Virus record (IMG/VR): IMGVR_UViG_3300032267_000592 | Coordinates: 1-64,000 of that record | Direction: 5' to 3' (one strand) | Origin: a virus | Length of the DNA: 64,000 nt | In this document: positions 1 to 8,991 of the stretch, piece after piece | Layout: each line of letters starts with the position of its first letter | How positions within the stretch are numbered: position 1 is the first letter of the stretch | Position numbers and translations under genes: made by a program | Notes under the pieces: generated by a model | What the model saw: the letters and a program-made list of their open reading frames with translations, nothing else | Told to the model about the DNA's origin: nothing | Database searches by the model: none

Positions 1-1
1 A

Positions 2-583
2 ACTTGGAATTATCAAGGTACTGATATTAAAGCATTAACTGCAAATTTTGCAGTTAAAAATGAAGTTATTAAATATTTTCCTTTATCCGGTGGTATTATT
101 ACTGGAAATACTCAAATTAATTCCAATTTAACCGTCTATGGAGATATTTCTGCTACTGGTACATCTTATTTTGCAAACACCATTTATTCTACAACAAGTG
201 CATTAAGTGTTGTTCATGTTGGAAATGATGGACCTGCATTATATATTGGAAATAGAGGAACTGGTGATATTGCTTCATTCTATGACTTGGATCAAAACGT
301 AGAAGTTCTTCATGTTGGTGGAAATAATGGTTCTTTCCCAAATGTCGGGGTAAAAACAAGTTCACCAAATAAAGACTTAACTGTTTTTGGTGATATTAGT
401 GCATCGGGTACAATATATTCTAACAATTTATCATTAGGTAGTACTTTAATTGCAAAACAATTATCTTTAAGCGACGGTAAAATAGTTACAGATAGTGTTG
501 GTAATTTGACTATTGCTGGTAATTTAAATGGATCTAATTTAAACTATTTATATAATTTCATTATAGATGGTGGGCAAGTGTAA
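2..583 (+). CDS. C-terminal part of a tail fibre/virion structural protein (5'-truncated by the window edge)
   Basis: The frame of ORF 287..583 is open back to position 2 (TWNYQGTDIKALTANF...). It has repeated LTVxGDISAxG beta-strand motifs and ends in IIDGGQV, as is typical of phage fibre proteins. Confidence 0.6.
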   Translation, partial: TWNYQGTDIKALTANFAVKNEVIKYFPLSGGIITGNTQINSNLTVYGDISATGTSYFANTIYSTTSALSVVHVGNDGPALYIGNRGTGDIASFYDLDQNVEVLHVGGNNGSFPNVGVKTSSPNKDLTVFGDISASGTIYSNNLSLGSTLIAKQLSLSDGKIVTDSVGNLTIAGNLNGSNLNYLYNFIIDGGQV

Positions 584-608
584 TATCGCTTTATATAAAG
601 CGATATTA
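581..608. terminator. Perfect 28-bp palindrome, probable transcription terminator or processing hairpin
   Basis: taatatcgctttatataaagcgatatta is its own reverse complement. It begins at the stop codon of the upstream gene. Confidence 0.55.
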
Positions 609-623
609 TGATTTTTAACAAAT

Positions 624-633
624 TAAGTAAGTA
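624..633 (+). promoter_or_regulatory. Putative late promoter (tandem TAAGTA)
   Basis: taagtaagta lies 12 nt upstream of ATG 646. The same motif precedes several tail genes. Confidence 0.5.
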
Positions 634-645
634 ATATAAAATAAT

Positions 646-2037
646 ATGCCAAATGTAACGCCATATAACCCAACATATTTAAAAATTAATAATTTATCTG
701 GTGGAGTTGCCGCTATTTATGACCAGTATGGTTTATTGCGTTACTATTTAAATTCTGATACTTTGTTAGAGCTTCCATTTGATTCTGAATATAATTGGAA
801 ATGTAACATTGTAAGGTATGGTGCATCTTTGAGTTCGTTTCCCATTTCAATTGATAAAATTTTAGGAAATACTATTTATGTTGATGTTTCTTATACGATT
901 GATGATTACATTTCAGCAAGTGTTCAATCCGTATCGGCATATTCATCATTTACGACATCACAACAGATATATGATTATATGTCATATTATTTAACGACAA
1001 GTGCTGGTGTAAAAAATGATAATCTAAGAAACATATCACAAAACGCATTAAATATTGGAAATAAAAATTTAATTTTAAACGATTCCATAACCTTACCATT
1101 TCAATACGATTCAAATACAATTATAGTAAAAAGTAATACATTATCAGGTGAAGATATAATAACAACTGGAAATATTACATTATCTGGAAATTCATCTGTT
1201 TCATATATTGGTTTATGTTGTTTAAATGTATATCAAAATAATCCAAAAAGTTTAACTGGTGTTTACATAAGTGGAAATTTAAATTATAATACATCTTCAA
1301 ATAGTTCTGTTACATATAAAGATTCTATTATAAACTATTTGAATAATATTGGTTCTGGTATTATTTCTTTAAGCAGCATAAACTCGAATGTTGTTTATAA
1401 ATTAAATAATAACAATATTTTAGTATATAGCCCAATTTTAAATAAATACGTTTCAAACATTCATGATACTAGAATTTATGGTTATATAAACAATTATAAT
1501 TTAAACAAAACAATAGATTCAAATACATCTTTAACAGAAAATCAAGTGTCTTCCATTTCTACAATTTATAATTTAGATTATTTATATGATGCTGCGAGTT
1601 ATTGGACCATCAAAAATGGAGTAAGTGCAAATTACTTTGATTTCTTTTATGTTAATGATACAGATATTGATTTTATATCAAATAATATTGTAATTGACAA
1701 TACATTAAGCACTGCTTTTTCATACAATAGCTCATTAAGTACAGTAATAATCAAAACTCCATTTTTATCTGCAAATTCAAAATTCAAAGGAATTAAAACT
1801 ACCGGATCTTTATTTTTATCAAATGGAAATATTTCAAATATTAATATATATTGCAATGTTTATAAAGATAAACCGACGGCTTTATCAAGTGTCAATATAA
1901 ATGGAACTATTACATACAATACATCTTCCATAGAATTTATAACATATTATAATTCAAATATAAATTTTGTTAATAATTTAAATGAATCTGGAAATGTTAT
2001 TGTTAGATGTTTAAGTTCAACTGTTAGTTTTTTATAA
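646..2037 (+). CDS. Asn/Ser/Thr-rich putative virion protein with a two-fold internal repeat
   Basis: 463 aa, beta-rich composition. The two halves align by eye (QIYDYMSYY..IITTGNITLSG..CLNVYQNNPKSL..YNTSS versus YLYDAASYW..IKTTGSLFLSN..YCNVYKDKPTAL..YNTSS). A late-type promoter lies upstream. Confidence 0.5.
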   Translation: MPNVTPYNPTYLKINNLSGGVAAIYDQYGLLRYYLNSDTLLELPFDSEYNWKCNIVRYGASLSSFPISIDKILGNTIYVDVSYTIDDYISASVQSVSAYSSFTTSQQIYDYMSYYLTTSAGVKNDNLRNISQNALNIGNKNLILNDSITLPFQYDSNTIIVKSNTLSGEDIITTGNITLSGNSSVSYIGLCCLNVYQNNPKSLTGVYISGNLNYNTSSNSSVTYKDSIINYLNNIGSGIISLSSINSNVVYKLNNNNILVYSPILNKYVSNIHDTRIYGYINNYNLNKTIDSNTSLTENQVSSISTIYNLDYLYDAASYWTIKNGVSANYFDFFYVNDTDIDFISNNIVIDNTLSTAFSYNSSLSTVIIKTPFLSANSKFKGIKTTGSLFLSNGNISNINIYCNVYKDKPTALSSVNINGTITYNTSSIEFITYYNSNINFVNNLNESGNVIVRCLSSTVSFL

Positions 2038-2488
2038 CCCTTATGCCCTTTGTGCATGGTTTTTGATAATTTATTGCTCCGGGATATGAACTAACAAAAG
2101 GAACTAAAGATCCGGTTGATAATTTTTCATATCCTGCTTCATTTTCTATAACAACATCCATATATCCACTTGTTTTTGGTAATTGATTGAGTTTAAATGT
2201 TAAAAAATTTTCAGTGTAATCAAAACAATTAATTTTTATACCGTAAAATGGTATATATTTTGCGGATAAATTTTTAATACTGGAAAATGGAGCAAATAAT
2301 GATATATTGTCAAACATTAATAAGTTTGATGCGCTTAAATATACGTTTCTTAATTCTAAAAACAAATTACCTTTAATTAAAATGTCATATTCTTGACCAG
2401 CTGATAATTCCGGAGTAACAACTATAAATGTGTACTTTCCAACGTCAATCGGTTTTGGTTTTGCATAAAATGTAATATATTCAGTCAT
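2024..2488 (-). CDS. Hypothetical protein, possibly an Ig-like virion protein
   Basis: 154 aa, directly downstream of gp15. It is beta-rich and contains GYMDVVIENEAGY. Confidence 0.4.
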   Translation of the reverse strand: MTEYITFYAKPKPIDVGKYTFIVVTPELSAGQEYDILIKGNLFLELRNVYLSASNLLMFDNISLFAPFSSIKNLSAKYIPFYGIKINCFDYTENFLTFKLNQLPKTSGYMDVVIENEAGYEKLSTGSLVPFVSSYPGAINYQKPCTKGIRVIKN

Positions 2489-2494
2489 TTTTAT

Positions 2495-3250
2495 TTAAAT
2501 TTTTGTTTCTTGTATAAAATCTTCTATATTTTTTAATACGCATATATTGTTTTGATTTGTAAACTCCGTATTAACTGCATCAAACGCATTAAAATCAGAA
2601 TTTATAGTGTATATTCTTTTGATTGGGTCATCCATTTTTTTAAATAACCAGCCTTTTATGGTAAAAGATGTGTCAGCTGTCAATCTAAATGGTTGATTTG
2701 CTGCAATATCACTTGGATATTGTAAGTTTATATTTCCACCCCATAAAACTTCCGATCTTAATTCATAATTTTGTTTAGAATTTTTATTTAAAGGTATTAA
2801 CCAAGATATTATAAAATATGGATCACAATATGGTACAAAATTTGTAATAATTTGATCCATGTCGTTTTGATATTTTGTTATAATTGTAACATTTACTCCA
2901 ATATTAATCGGAACGGGTTGTAATATTTTTTTGATATAATTTTCATTCGCAGTTTTTGGAGTATAACTTATGTTAAATCCATCGTTTTTATTAAAAACTC
3001 TATTATTATCTCTAGCTACGCTAGAAATTGTTATTGCTACTGCGGGTAAACTCAATCCGCCGGGAGCAGGATTTAATAATGATGCAATTACTCTTTGTTT
3101 TGGACTATATACAAAATTAACATAATTTGAAGATAATGATGGTATTTCTGTTTTATCAGAATTAAATTTTTTTATAATAATATCATTTAATGCAGCAGTA
3201 AATTGTTCCAATAAAGTCTGCATTTCCCATCCAAAAGTATAAGATTTCAC
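2495..3250 (-). CDS. gp15: Tail sheath stabilizer/tail terminator (T4 gp15-like)
   Basis: Motifs F..ALNDIII, VYSPKQRV, LPAVAITISSVARDNNRVFNK, QPVPINIGVNVTIITKYQNDMDQIITNFVPY and FTIKGWLF match the gp15 family pattern. Confidence 0.85.
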   Translation of the reverse strand: MKSYTFGWEMQTLLEQFTAALNDIIIKKFNSDKTEIPSLSSNYVNFVYSPKQRVIASLLNPAPGGLSLPAVAITISSVARDNNRVFNKNDGFNISYTPKTANENYIKKILQPVPINIGVNVTIITKYQNDMDQIITNFVPYCDPYFIISWLIPLNKNSKQNYELRSEVLWGGNINLQYPSDIAANQPFRLTADTSFTIKGWLFKKMDDPIKRIYTINSDFNAFDAVNTEFTNQNNICVLKNIEDFIQETKI

Positions 3251-3255
3251 GTTTA

Positions 3256-3263
3256 TACTTATA
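3256..3263 (-). promoter_or_regulatory. Putative late promoter TATAAGTA
   Basis: It lies 5 nt upstream of the gp15 GTG start and differs by one base from the T4 late promoter TATAAATA. Confidence 0.6.
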
Positions 3264-3274
3264 GAAAAGTAAAA

Positions 3275-3523
3275 TTAATTATTATTTTCTGGCAAAAGCG
3301 ATTTTGCGCTATCGAAATCTATATTTTTTCTTATACAATTGCATATCTGATATGCAAAAGTTTTTGTATCTCTGCCCAAATAGCCTCTACTGAAACATTT
3401 AGAACAATTTTTATGTTTATTTTTTAATGGAATTTGTCCTATGTCCAATATCTTAAGATCATTTTCTGGTATTTCATAAAAGGTTCCAGAAAATACACTA
3501 TATATATGTTTTTTTTTATTCAT
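3275..3523 (-). CDS. Small Cys-rich (CxxC...CxC) hypothetical protein, probable zinc binder
   Basis: Contains CSKCFSRGYLG...ICNCIRK. Confidence 0.5.
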   Translation of the reverse strand: MNKKKHIYSVFSGTFYEIPENDLKILDIGQIPLKNKHKNCSKCFSRGYLGRDTKTFAYQICNCIRKNIDFDSAKSLLPENNN

Positions 3524-3872
3524 TTATGCTTATTAATAATATTGTATCCCAAAATTTATTTTTTTTAAGTTTATTTTTATATTGAATCATACATTTTTCC
3601 ATTTCTGGTGCATATTTTGCTAAAGTTTTAATTCTATAATCTAAATAAATTAAATTTTCTTCTTCGTGTAATTCGATATCATATGGAATTGGTATTTCCA
3701 ATTTTTCCTTATCCCTCTTCGTGGTGTTTAAAATAAAAGTGATGTAAAAATTTTTTTGATAATATAATATCAATTTACCTTGTTTAAATTTTTTGTTTTT
3801 TAGTTCAAAATTTAAATTTTTTTGAAGCAAAGAATTAAATATTTTTTCAAAATTTGAATTGTGTATAGTCAT
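3516..3872 (-). CDS. Hypothetical protein
   Basis: 118-aa ORF tightly packed between its operon neighbours. Confidence 0.5.
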   Translation of the reverse strand: MTIHNSNFEKIFNSLLQKNLNFELKNKKFKQGKLILYYQKNFYITFILNTTKRDKEKLEIPIPYDIELHEEENLIYLDYRIKTLAKYAPEMEKCMIQYKNKLKKNKFWDTILLISINE

Positions 3873-3873
3873 T

Positions 3874-4299
3874 TTAATTTTCCATGAAATATTTTTTCTG
3901 ATCGGCGGTCATATCTTTTAATACATTATTAAAATATAATAAAAAGTTTTTTTCAGGTAATCCAAAAAAATTTTTAAAAAAACTTAAAAAATTTTTTTCT
4001 GGTAAAATTTTAGTAACCTTAACAATAACACAAGATTCCACTGGAATATTTCTCCAGTCCTGCATTAAAATATCCCAAACCGTTAACAATCCTCTAGCTT
4101 CTGCGTCGTAAGGTGGGGGGAATCTTGGCGGTTTAAAATTTAATAACTTTCCAGTAACTCTTCCGTTTAAAATTTCACTACACAGTGTACAGAGTATTCT
4201 TCTATTTGGAGGTATTTTATTCTTAGTTCTTCTTACAAATTTTATCTCTACGATATTACTCCTGCATAGTGATTTTAATCCTGTTACTGATAGTGCCAT
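3874..4299 (-). CDS. SH3/Sm-like beta-barrel (WYL_2-type) phage protein
   Basis: The pattern IVEIKFVRR..RRILCTL...LLTVWDILMQDWRNIPVE is typical of this conserved T4-like phage family. Confidence 0.6.
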   Translation of the reverse strand: MALSVTGLKSLCRSNIVEIKFVRRTKNKIPPNRRILCTLCSEILNGRVTGKLLNFKPPRFPPPYDAEARGLLTVWDILMQDWRNIPVESCVIVKVTKILPEKNFLSFFKNFFGLPEKNFLLYFNNVLKDMTADQKKYFMEN

Positions 4300-4304
4300 C
4301 GGTT

Positions 4305-4685
4305 TTACTCTTTACTTTCACATATTCCAAATATTCTACTTTCGTTCAAGAATACGATATGTTTTAAATCATTTAAATTTGCAACTTGAATACCTTTATC
4401 ATTTGGAAAAACTACAATATCTCCTTCTTTTACGGTTCTACAATCTGGTCCAGCCAAAACAACCTTGGCTAATCTCCAAGCAAAGTTTACTGTATTGATT
4501 GGAACCCAAATACTACCTCTTTTAACTTCAGTGCCATCATCATTTACATCAATATATTGACACATTAAAATGTCATCCAATACTTTTGTTAATTTCCAAT
4601 CTTGTAAGTTTAAAGAACTACCAATGTAATGGTCTAATTGTACTTTTCCACCTACGACATCTTCTTGTTTTGGTCTTGCTATCAT
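4305..4685 (-). CDS. groES: Co-chaperonin GroES-like (functional analogue of T4 gp31)
   Basis: Motifs LDDILMC, RGSIWVP, AKVVLAGPDCRTVKEGDIVVFP and FLNESRIFG. Confidence 0.8.
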   Translation of the reverse strand: MIARPKQEDVVGGKVQLDHYIGSSLNLQDWKLTKVLDDILMCQYIDVNDDGTEVKRGSIWVPINTVNFAWRLAKVVLAGPDCRTVKEGDIVVFPNDKGIQVANLNDLKHIVFLNESRIFGICESKE

Positions 4686-4691
4686 ATGTTT

Positions 4692-5069
4692 TTATTTATT
4701 GCCGTTATTCAAATATTCAAGTGTTTCTTCATGTTTCATAATTTCTCTATATGAACATTCCATGTATTTAGAAATATTAAGATATTCCGTTTCTTCGGTT
4801 TTATTTAAATTTTCTTTCTTTTTTATATATGTTATATTTTTATAATTACTTGGAAGTATTTTCCTATAAAATGATACATAATTAAAATCTTTAATTTGTT
4901 TGAGCCATCTATTAGTAGTTGCATTCAAAATAATTGGAATTGAATTATTAACCATCGTAAGCCATCTATTCAATATAAAGGAAGATGGTTGTTCCGATTT
5001 TGGTCTAATGCTATTCTTTTTTAGACAAAAATCTACATAATTTATGATGTCCGAATTATTGTTTTTCAT
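4692..5069 (-). CDS. gp62: Clamp loader small subunit (T4 gp62-like)
   Basis: The pattern SFILNRWLTM...FYRKILP...YIKKK...ISKYMECSYREI fits gp62 homologues. 125 aa. Confidence 0.6.
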   Translation of the reverse strand: MKNNNSDIINYVDFCLKKNSIRPKSEQPSSFILNRWLTMVNNSIPIILNATTNRWLKQIKDFNYVSFYRKILPSNYKNITYIKKKENLNKTEETEYLNISKYMECSYREIMKHEETLEYLNNGNK

Positions 5070-5746
5070 TTATTATATAATTTATTAAATGTTGATGCAC
5101 TATCATTCCACTCTTGGGTATTCATACTATCACCTAAACCATAATGCACAACTCTTAACGGAAAAACGCCTAATTTTAGTTTATTTGAATTTGCATTTAA
5201 ACAAAATGTAATATCATAATGATGGAATTTAAAATTTTCATCAAATTTTAAATTAGAATCCAATAATTTATCAACTTTGACGCCAATAAATAAACCATCT
5301 ATTAACAAGGCTCTTGAATTTGTCGGTCCAAATACAGTAGTCCAGCATATCTTATCTTTAGAATGACCAACTTCGCCAACAAAATCATTTCTATCACTCA
5401 TTAAATGCCATGCTGGGGGTGTTTGCGTATTAATCTTACATTTTTTACTTCCAGCCAGACCGATTATGTCATATTTTTCAAATGCAAGATTTATTTTTTC
5501 AATATAAAACAAATCTTCTATCAAAACATCATCATGTACAAATATAATATTTTTATTTCGATTTTCTTCAGTTATAAATGTATTATAAATTTCACTTAAT
5601 CCTTTTTTATTATTGTAAATAATAGTTGAGTTTTTAATTTCATTCGTTTTATCTAAAAACAAACAAAATTGACTATTTTCTTCGAATTCTTGTTTAGAGA
5701 GTGGTGTTGCAACGACAAAGTGATAATTTTTTGTTAAATTAGACAT
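5066..5746 (-). CDS. GT-A fold (GT2-like) glycosyltransferase
   Basis: Motifs GLSEIYN, IIFVHDDV (DXD-like), DIIGLAG, IDGLFI and FDENFKFHHYDITFCL. The likely start is ATG 5746 (MSNLTK), because the longer ORF overlaps the divergent gene. Confidence 0.75.
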   Translation of the reverse strand: MSNLTKNYHFVVATPLSKQEFEENSQFCLFLDKTNEIKNSTIIYNNKKGLSEIYNTFITEENRNKNIIFVHDDVLIEDLFYIEKINLAFEKYDIIGLAGSKKCKINTQTPPAWHLMSDRNDFVGEVGHSKDKICWTTVFGPTNSRALLIDGLFIGVKVDKLLDSNLKFDENFKFHHYDITFCLNANSNKLKLGVFPLRVVHYGLGDSMNTQEWNDSASTFNKLYNK

Positions 5747-5775
5747 ATTAACGAGTAAATATATCATATATACTG

Positions 5776-6369
5776 ATGAAATCAAACAAAAAGATGAATA
5801 ATAAAAAAGCATTAAAAAAAGAATTAGAAAGAATATTAAATTCTAATAAAGAATCTGTTAATCAAGAAAATTATAATCCTTTTGCAGCTAGAGTTTTATT
5901 TTCTCTTATAAATGAACAAGAAGATGCTGATAATCAAGCGTCACAAGCAAATAATATTAAGACGCCTGATGATTTCACTCCAGAAAAAAACAAAAAAGAC
6001 TTTCAAGATTCAATGGAAAAAACAACCGATCCATCTTCTTTTGATGTAGAGGGAGTTTCTCCGAACCTAACCGCCGATGTTATTAAATCAATTAGAGAAT
6101 GGTCCACTAAACTTGATGAATTTGCTGAGTTTTTAAATGACCCAGCTCAAGCCACCAGTGAAGGAAAACCGTCTTTGCATAAGATTTTATCAGATGGCGA
6201 TAGATCTGGTAGCTTGTTAAGAGGTATTACCAGAAAAGCATCTGATAGTATTACTCGTATTGCTGGTGAAGTTGAAAAATTAAAAGAAATTCTCAATACA
6301 TATATCATTACCGCTCCTAAGAAAATGCGTGATACTGAGGGTCAAACCCCCGGTTGGACACAGTTTTAA
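5776..6369 (+). CDS. Hypothetical acidic/helical protein, probably late-expressed
   Basis: A lone plus-strand 197-aa ORF preceded by GTAAATA at 5755-5761. Confidence 0.55.
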   Translation: MKSNKKMNNKKALKKELERILNSNKESVNQENYNPFAARVLFSLINEQEDADNQASQANNIKTPDDFTPEKNKKDFQDSMEKTTDPSSFDVEGVSPNLTADVIKSIREWSTKLDEFAEFLNDPAQATSEGKPSLHKILSDGDRSGSLLRGITRKASDSITRIAGEVEKLKEILNTYIITAPKKMRDTEGQTPGWTQF

Positions 6370-7328
6370 TATAAGCTGTTGATGATTTTATTGTAATCTA
6401 TTTCATCAAGTTCTTCAAACATTGTCATTTCGTTAAAATCTTTATATGGCATAGAGTCTGTCCATTTGAATACGGTTTCATTATTTAATAACAACTTTTT
6501 AATGTTTTCCTTTGCGGTTTCATCAAAATTTGGATTATCAAGAACCCATATTTTTTTATGAAAAGGAAACTCTAAAAGTTGAGTTGATTGTGTTTTGGTT
6601 AATGTTAACCCCGCAACACCTATTCCATTTTTTACAAAAAATGAATCTATTGGACCTTCAAATATGAATATATAATTAAAATTTTTATCTATTTTATCTA
6701 AACCAAATACCGTTTTTTCCGATCCTTCTTTGCTTAAATATTTTGGAAAAGAATTATCAATCGATCTAGTTTGATAAAAAATTACCTTGTTGTTTCTGTC
6801 ATAAAATGGTATACATAATCTATTTTTATGCACATAATCAGTTAATGATAGATATAAACTGTTTGGTTTATACTTTGCAGTATTCAATCTCCTAGACTTT
6901 ATATATTTTAAAGTGTCATTGAATATTTTATCATCACGATAATAAGAGGTTTGTGTTTGATCAAATAAATTTATAGAATCATGTGGAAGCTCTAGATTCT
7001 TTTTAATATATTTTTTAACATTGGTTTCTAATTTATGTTCAACATTGATAGAATTTACGCTATTTTCTATTTCAAATAAAATTTGATCTTTAGAAAAACC
7101 AGTAACATTACATATCCAATTAAAAGCCGACCATGTTTTTGAACAATTAAAGCAATGAAAAGTATTAGATGCTGGGTAATAAAACAATCTCTTCTTTTTA
7201 CCCAAGCTTCTACCTTCTCTACATATAGGACATCCAGCATTATATGTTGAATCCGTTTTTCTAAACGTAGGTTCTATGGAATACGAATAGAATTTATTTA
7301 AGACGTATGAATCTGGAATTTTTATCAT
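6366..7328 (-). CDS. gp61: DNA primase (T4 gp61-like)
   Basis: Zinc finger CPIC...HCFNC, RLCIPFYD, YQTR, and TOPRIM motifs IFEGPIDS, VLDN and KDFNE. Confidence 0.92.
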   Translation of the reverse strand: MIKIPDSYVLNKFYSYSIEPTFRKTDSTYNAGCPICREGRSLGKKKRLFYYPASNTFHCFNCSKTWSAFNWICNVTGFSKDQILFEIENSVNSINVEHKLETNVKKYIKKNLELPHDSINLFDQTQTSYYRDDKIFNDTLKYIKSRRLNTAKYKPNSLYLSLTDYVHKNRLCIPFYDRNNKVIFYQTRSIDNSFPKYLSKEGSEKTVFGLDKIDKNFNYIFIFEGPIDSFFVKNGIGVAGLTLTKTQSTQLLEFPFHKKIWVLDNPNFDETAKENIKKLLLNNETVFKWTDSMPYKDFNEMTMFEELDEIDYNKIINSLY

Positions 7329-7377
7329 AATAGATAAAAACTATATTCGATCTTTATGGCAATAAAGTCAAGTAAAA

Positions 7378-8025
7378 TTAAATATTTGTCGCTGGCATAA
7401 TGTCAGAGATTAAACTTTCGTCTTCTCCAAACGCTTTACCGTTTTCTGTAATATATAACCCAGTTAATATTATCCGCTGTTCTGGACTTCCGAATATTTC
7501 TATTAGTGCGGGAGAATCTGTTGTTGGGAATACTCTACCGTCTCCTCGATTATACGATTCGCTAAAGACTTTAAAAATTGTATCAATTTCTTCTCTAAAT
7601 GTTGAATCCGTTTCTCTAAAACCATCATTTTCAATTTCAACTGGATTTAATTTTGTTAATGGCATAAAAAATAAAATATCGTATAATTTTAATGTTTCTC
7701 GTATTGTAATTCTTTGCTGATCTAAAAATTTATCGGATACCTTGCCATTTAAATTTAACCAAGTGGAGTATGCAAGAACATCTAATACACACCTATCCAA
7801 AATCACATTGTCTTTTTTGGAGAATTCAATTGCTTGATCGATTAAAAAATTCAAAATTAAAGTTTGAGTTTCTTCATTCGAATCTTTACTATGTTTTAAA
7901 TTTTTATCTTTCAGTAAATCTCTATAACTTTTTTCTGGTGTAGAGTACATTGGCCATTTTTTTAAAAAATCTTTAATGTATGTAGTTTTACCAACGTTTT
8001 GTGTTCCTATGCAGCATATTTTCAT
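7378..8025 (-). CDS. P-loop nucleotide kinase-like ATPase (AAA_28/thymidylate kinase-like)
   Basis: Walker A GTQNVGKTT, plus ILDRCVLDVLAYS, YDILFF and DGFRE. Confidence 0.75.
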   Translation of the reverse strand: MKICCIGTQNVGKTTYIKDFLKKWPMYSTPEKSYRDLLKDKNLKHSKDSNEETQTLILNFLIDQAIEFSKKDNVILDRCVLDVLAYSTWLNLNGKVSDKFLDQQRITIRETLKLYDILFFMPLTKLNPVEIENDGFRETDSTFREEIDTIFKVFSESYNRGDGRVFPTTDSPALIEIFGSPEQRIILTGLYITENGKAFGEDESLISDIMPATNI

Positions 8026-8300
8026 ATATTTTGTTTTTCTAATTCTGGAAAAATTTTTAAGATTTCATTAGAATGTTTACTCTCGTAGCCATTTTCATCT
8101 AAAGGTAACAGATAAATATTTTCTGTTAATATTTCAGGCATTTTAACTCTAATTTTTTTAGTTAAATTGAGCATTGTTTGAATGTTATCTTGATACCAAG
8201 ATGCGCAAACATCGACTGATGATGAAAATAATAAACATTCTAATAATGTCGATATTTCTTTTTTTGATAAATTTTTAATATCATATGATAAATCATTCAT
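8022..8300 (-). CDS. Hypothetical protein
   Basis: The ORF overlaps the kinase start. The likely start is ATG 8300, just after a TTGAAT-16-TATCAT promoter (8309-8336). Confidence 0.5.
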   Translation of the reverse strand: MNDLSYDIKNLSKKEISTLLECLLFSSSVDVCASWYQDNIQTMLNLTKKIRVKMPEILTENIYLLPLDENGYESKHSNEILKIFPELEKQNI

Positions 8301-8340
8301 ATAAAAATATGATACCAAATATATTTAAAAATTCAAATTA

Positions 8341-8730
8341 TTAATTGTTATATGATGAATCTTTTACTGTTTCCGGTTCAGTTTTGATTGAAACTGGGTT
8401 AAAGATATTAGCAAGTGTAGTTATTACCTTTTTAATATCAACATCTTCTTTTGAAGATGTTGGATTTAACTTTTTAATCTCATTAATATTATCTTCTGAT
8501 AATTTTGAATCTTCATTTGAAAAAAAGATCTGCATAGATTTTACCAAATTTGCAATTTCTTCGTTTGAAGCCACCCTTTGTTCTGATTGTGTTTTAGTGT
8601 CAATTGGCTGTTCTACTTGTGGTGGTTCAGTTGGTTGTGGTTGTTGGGTTGCATCTTGCGGCATACCATCTTCCTCTTGTTCATTTAACAAACTATCATA
8701 TTTTTCACATATTTTTAGAAATTTACTCAT
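8341..8730 (-). CDS. Acidic, Gln/Pro-rich hypothetical protein, candidate internal head protein
   Basis: Begins MSKFLKICEKYDSLLNEQEED, with GTAAATA at 8736-8742 just upstream. Confidence 0.5.
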   Translation of the reverse strand: MSKFLKICEKYDSLLNEQEEDGMPQDATQQPQPTEPPQVEQPIDTKTQSEQRVASNEEIANLVKSMQIFFSNEDSKLSEDNINEIKKLNPTSSKEDVDIKKVITTLANIFNPVSIKTEPETVKDSSYNN

Positions 8731-8738
8731 AAGATTAT

Positions 8739-8990
8739 TTACCCCTTTAACATGCTTTGTAATTCTTTTATTGCATCTTCAAATGAAAAAAATTTAACAT
8801 CCATGGATTTTTGCGGGTGTGATATATTTGTATTTTCAACCGGAATTAATGATTTCATTTTACTAAAAACTTCATTTTCCAAGTTTTTAATAGTTGGATC
8901 TCGTTCGATCATGGGAAAATTTGATCCAACTGATAAATTGGTTATTTTATTTCTTGTCACCCTGTCACTATATACTTGTGATAAATCCAT
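8739..8990 (-). CDS. Hypothetical protein
   Basis: 83-aa ORF immediately downstream of the lysin gene. Confidence 0.5.
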   Translation of the reverse strand: MDLSQVYSDRVTRNKITNLSVGSNFPMIERDPTIKNLENEVFSKMKSLIPVENTNISHPQKSMDVKFFSFEDAIKELQSMLKG

Positions 8991-8991
8991 A

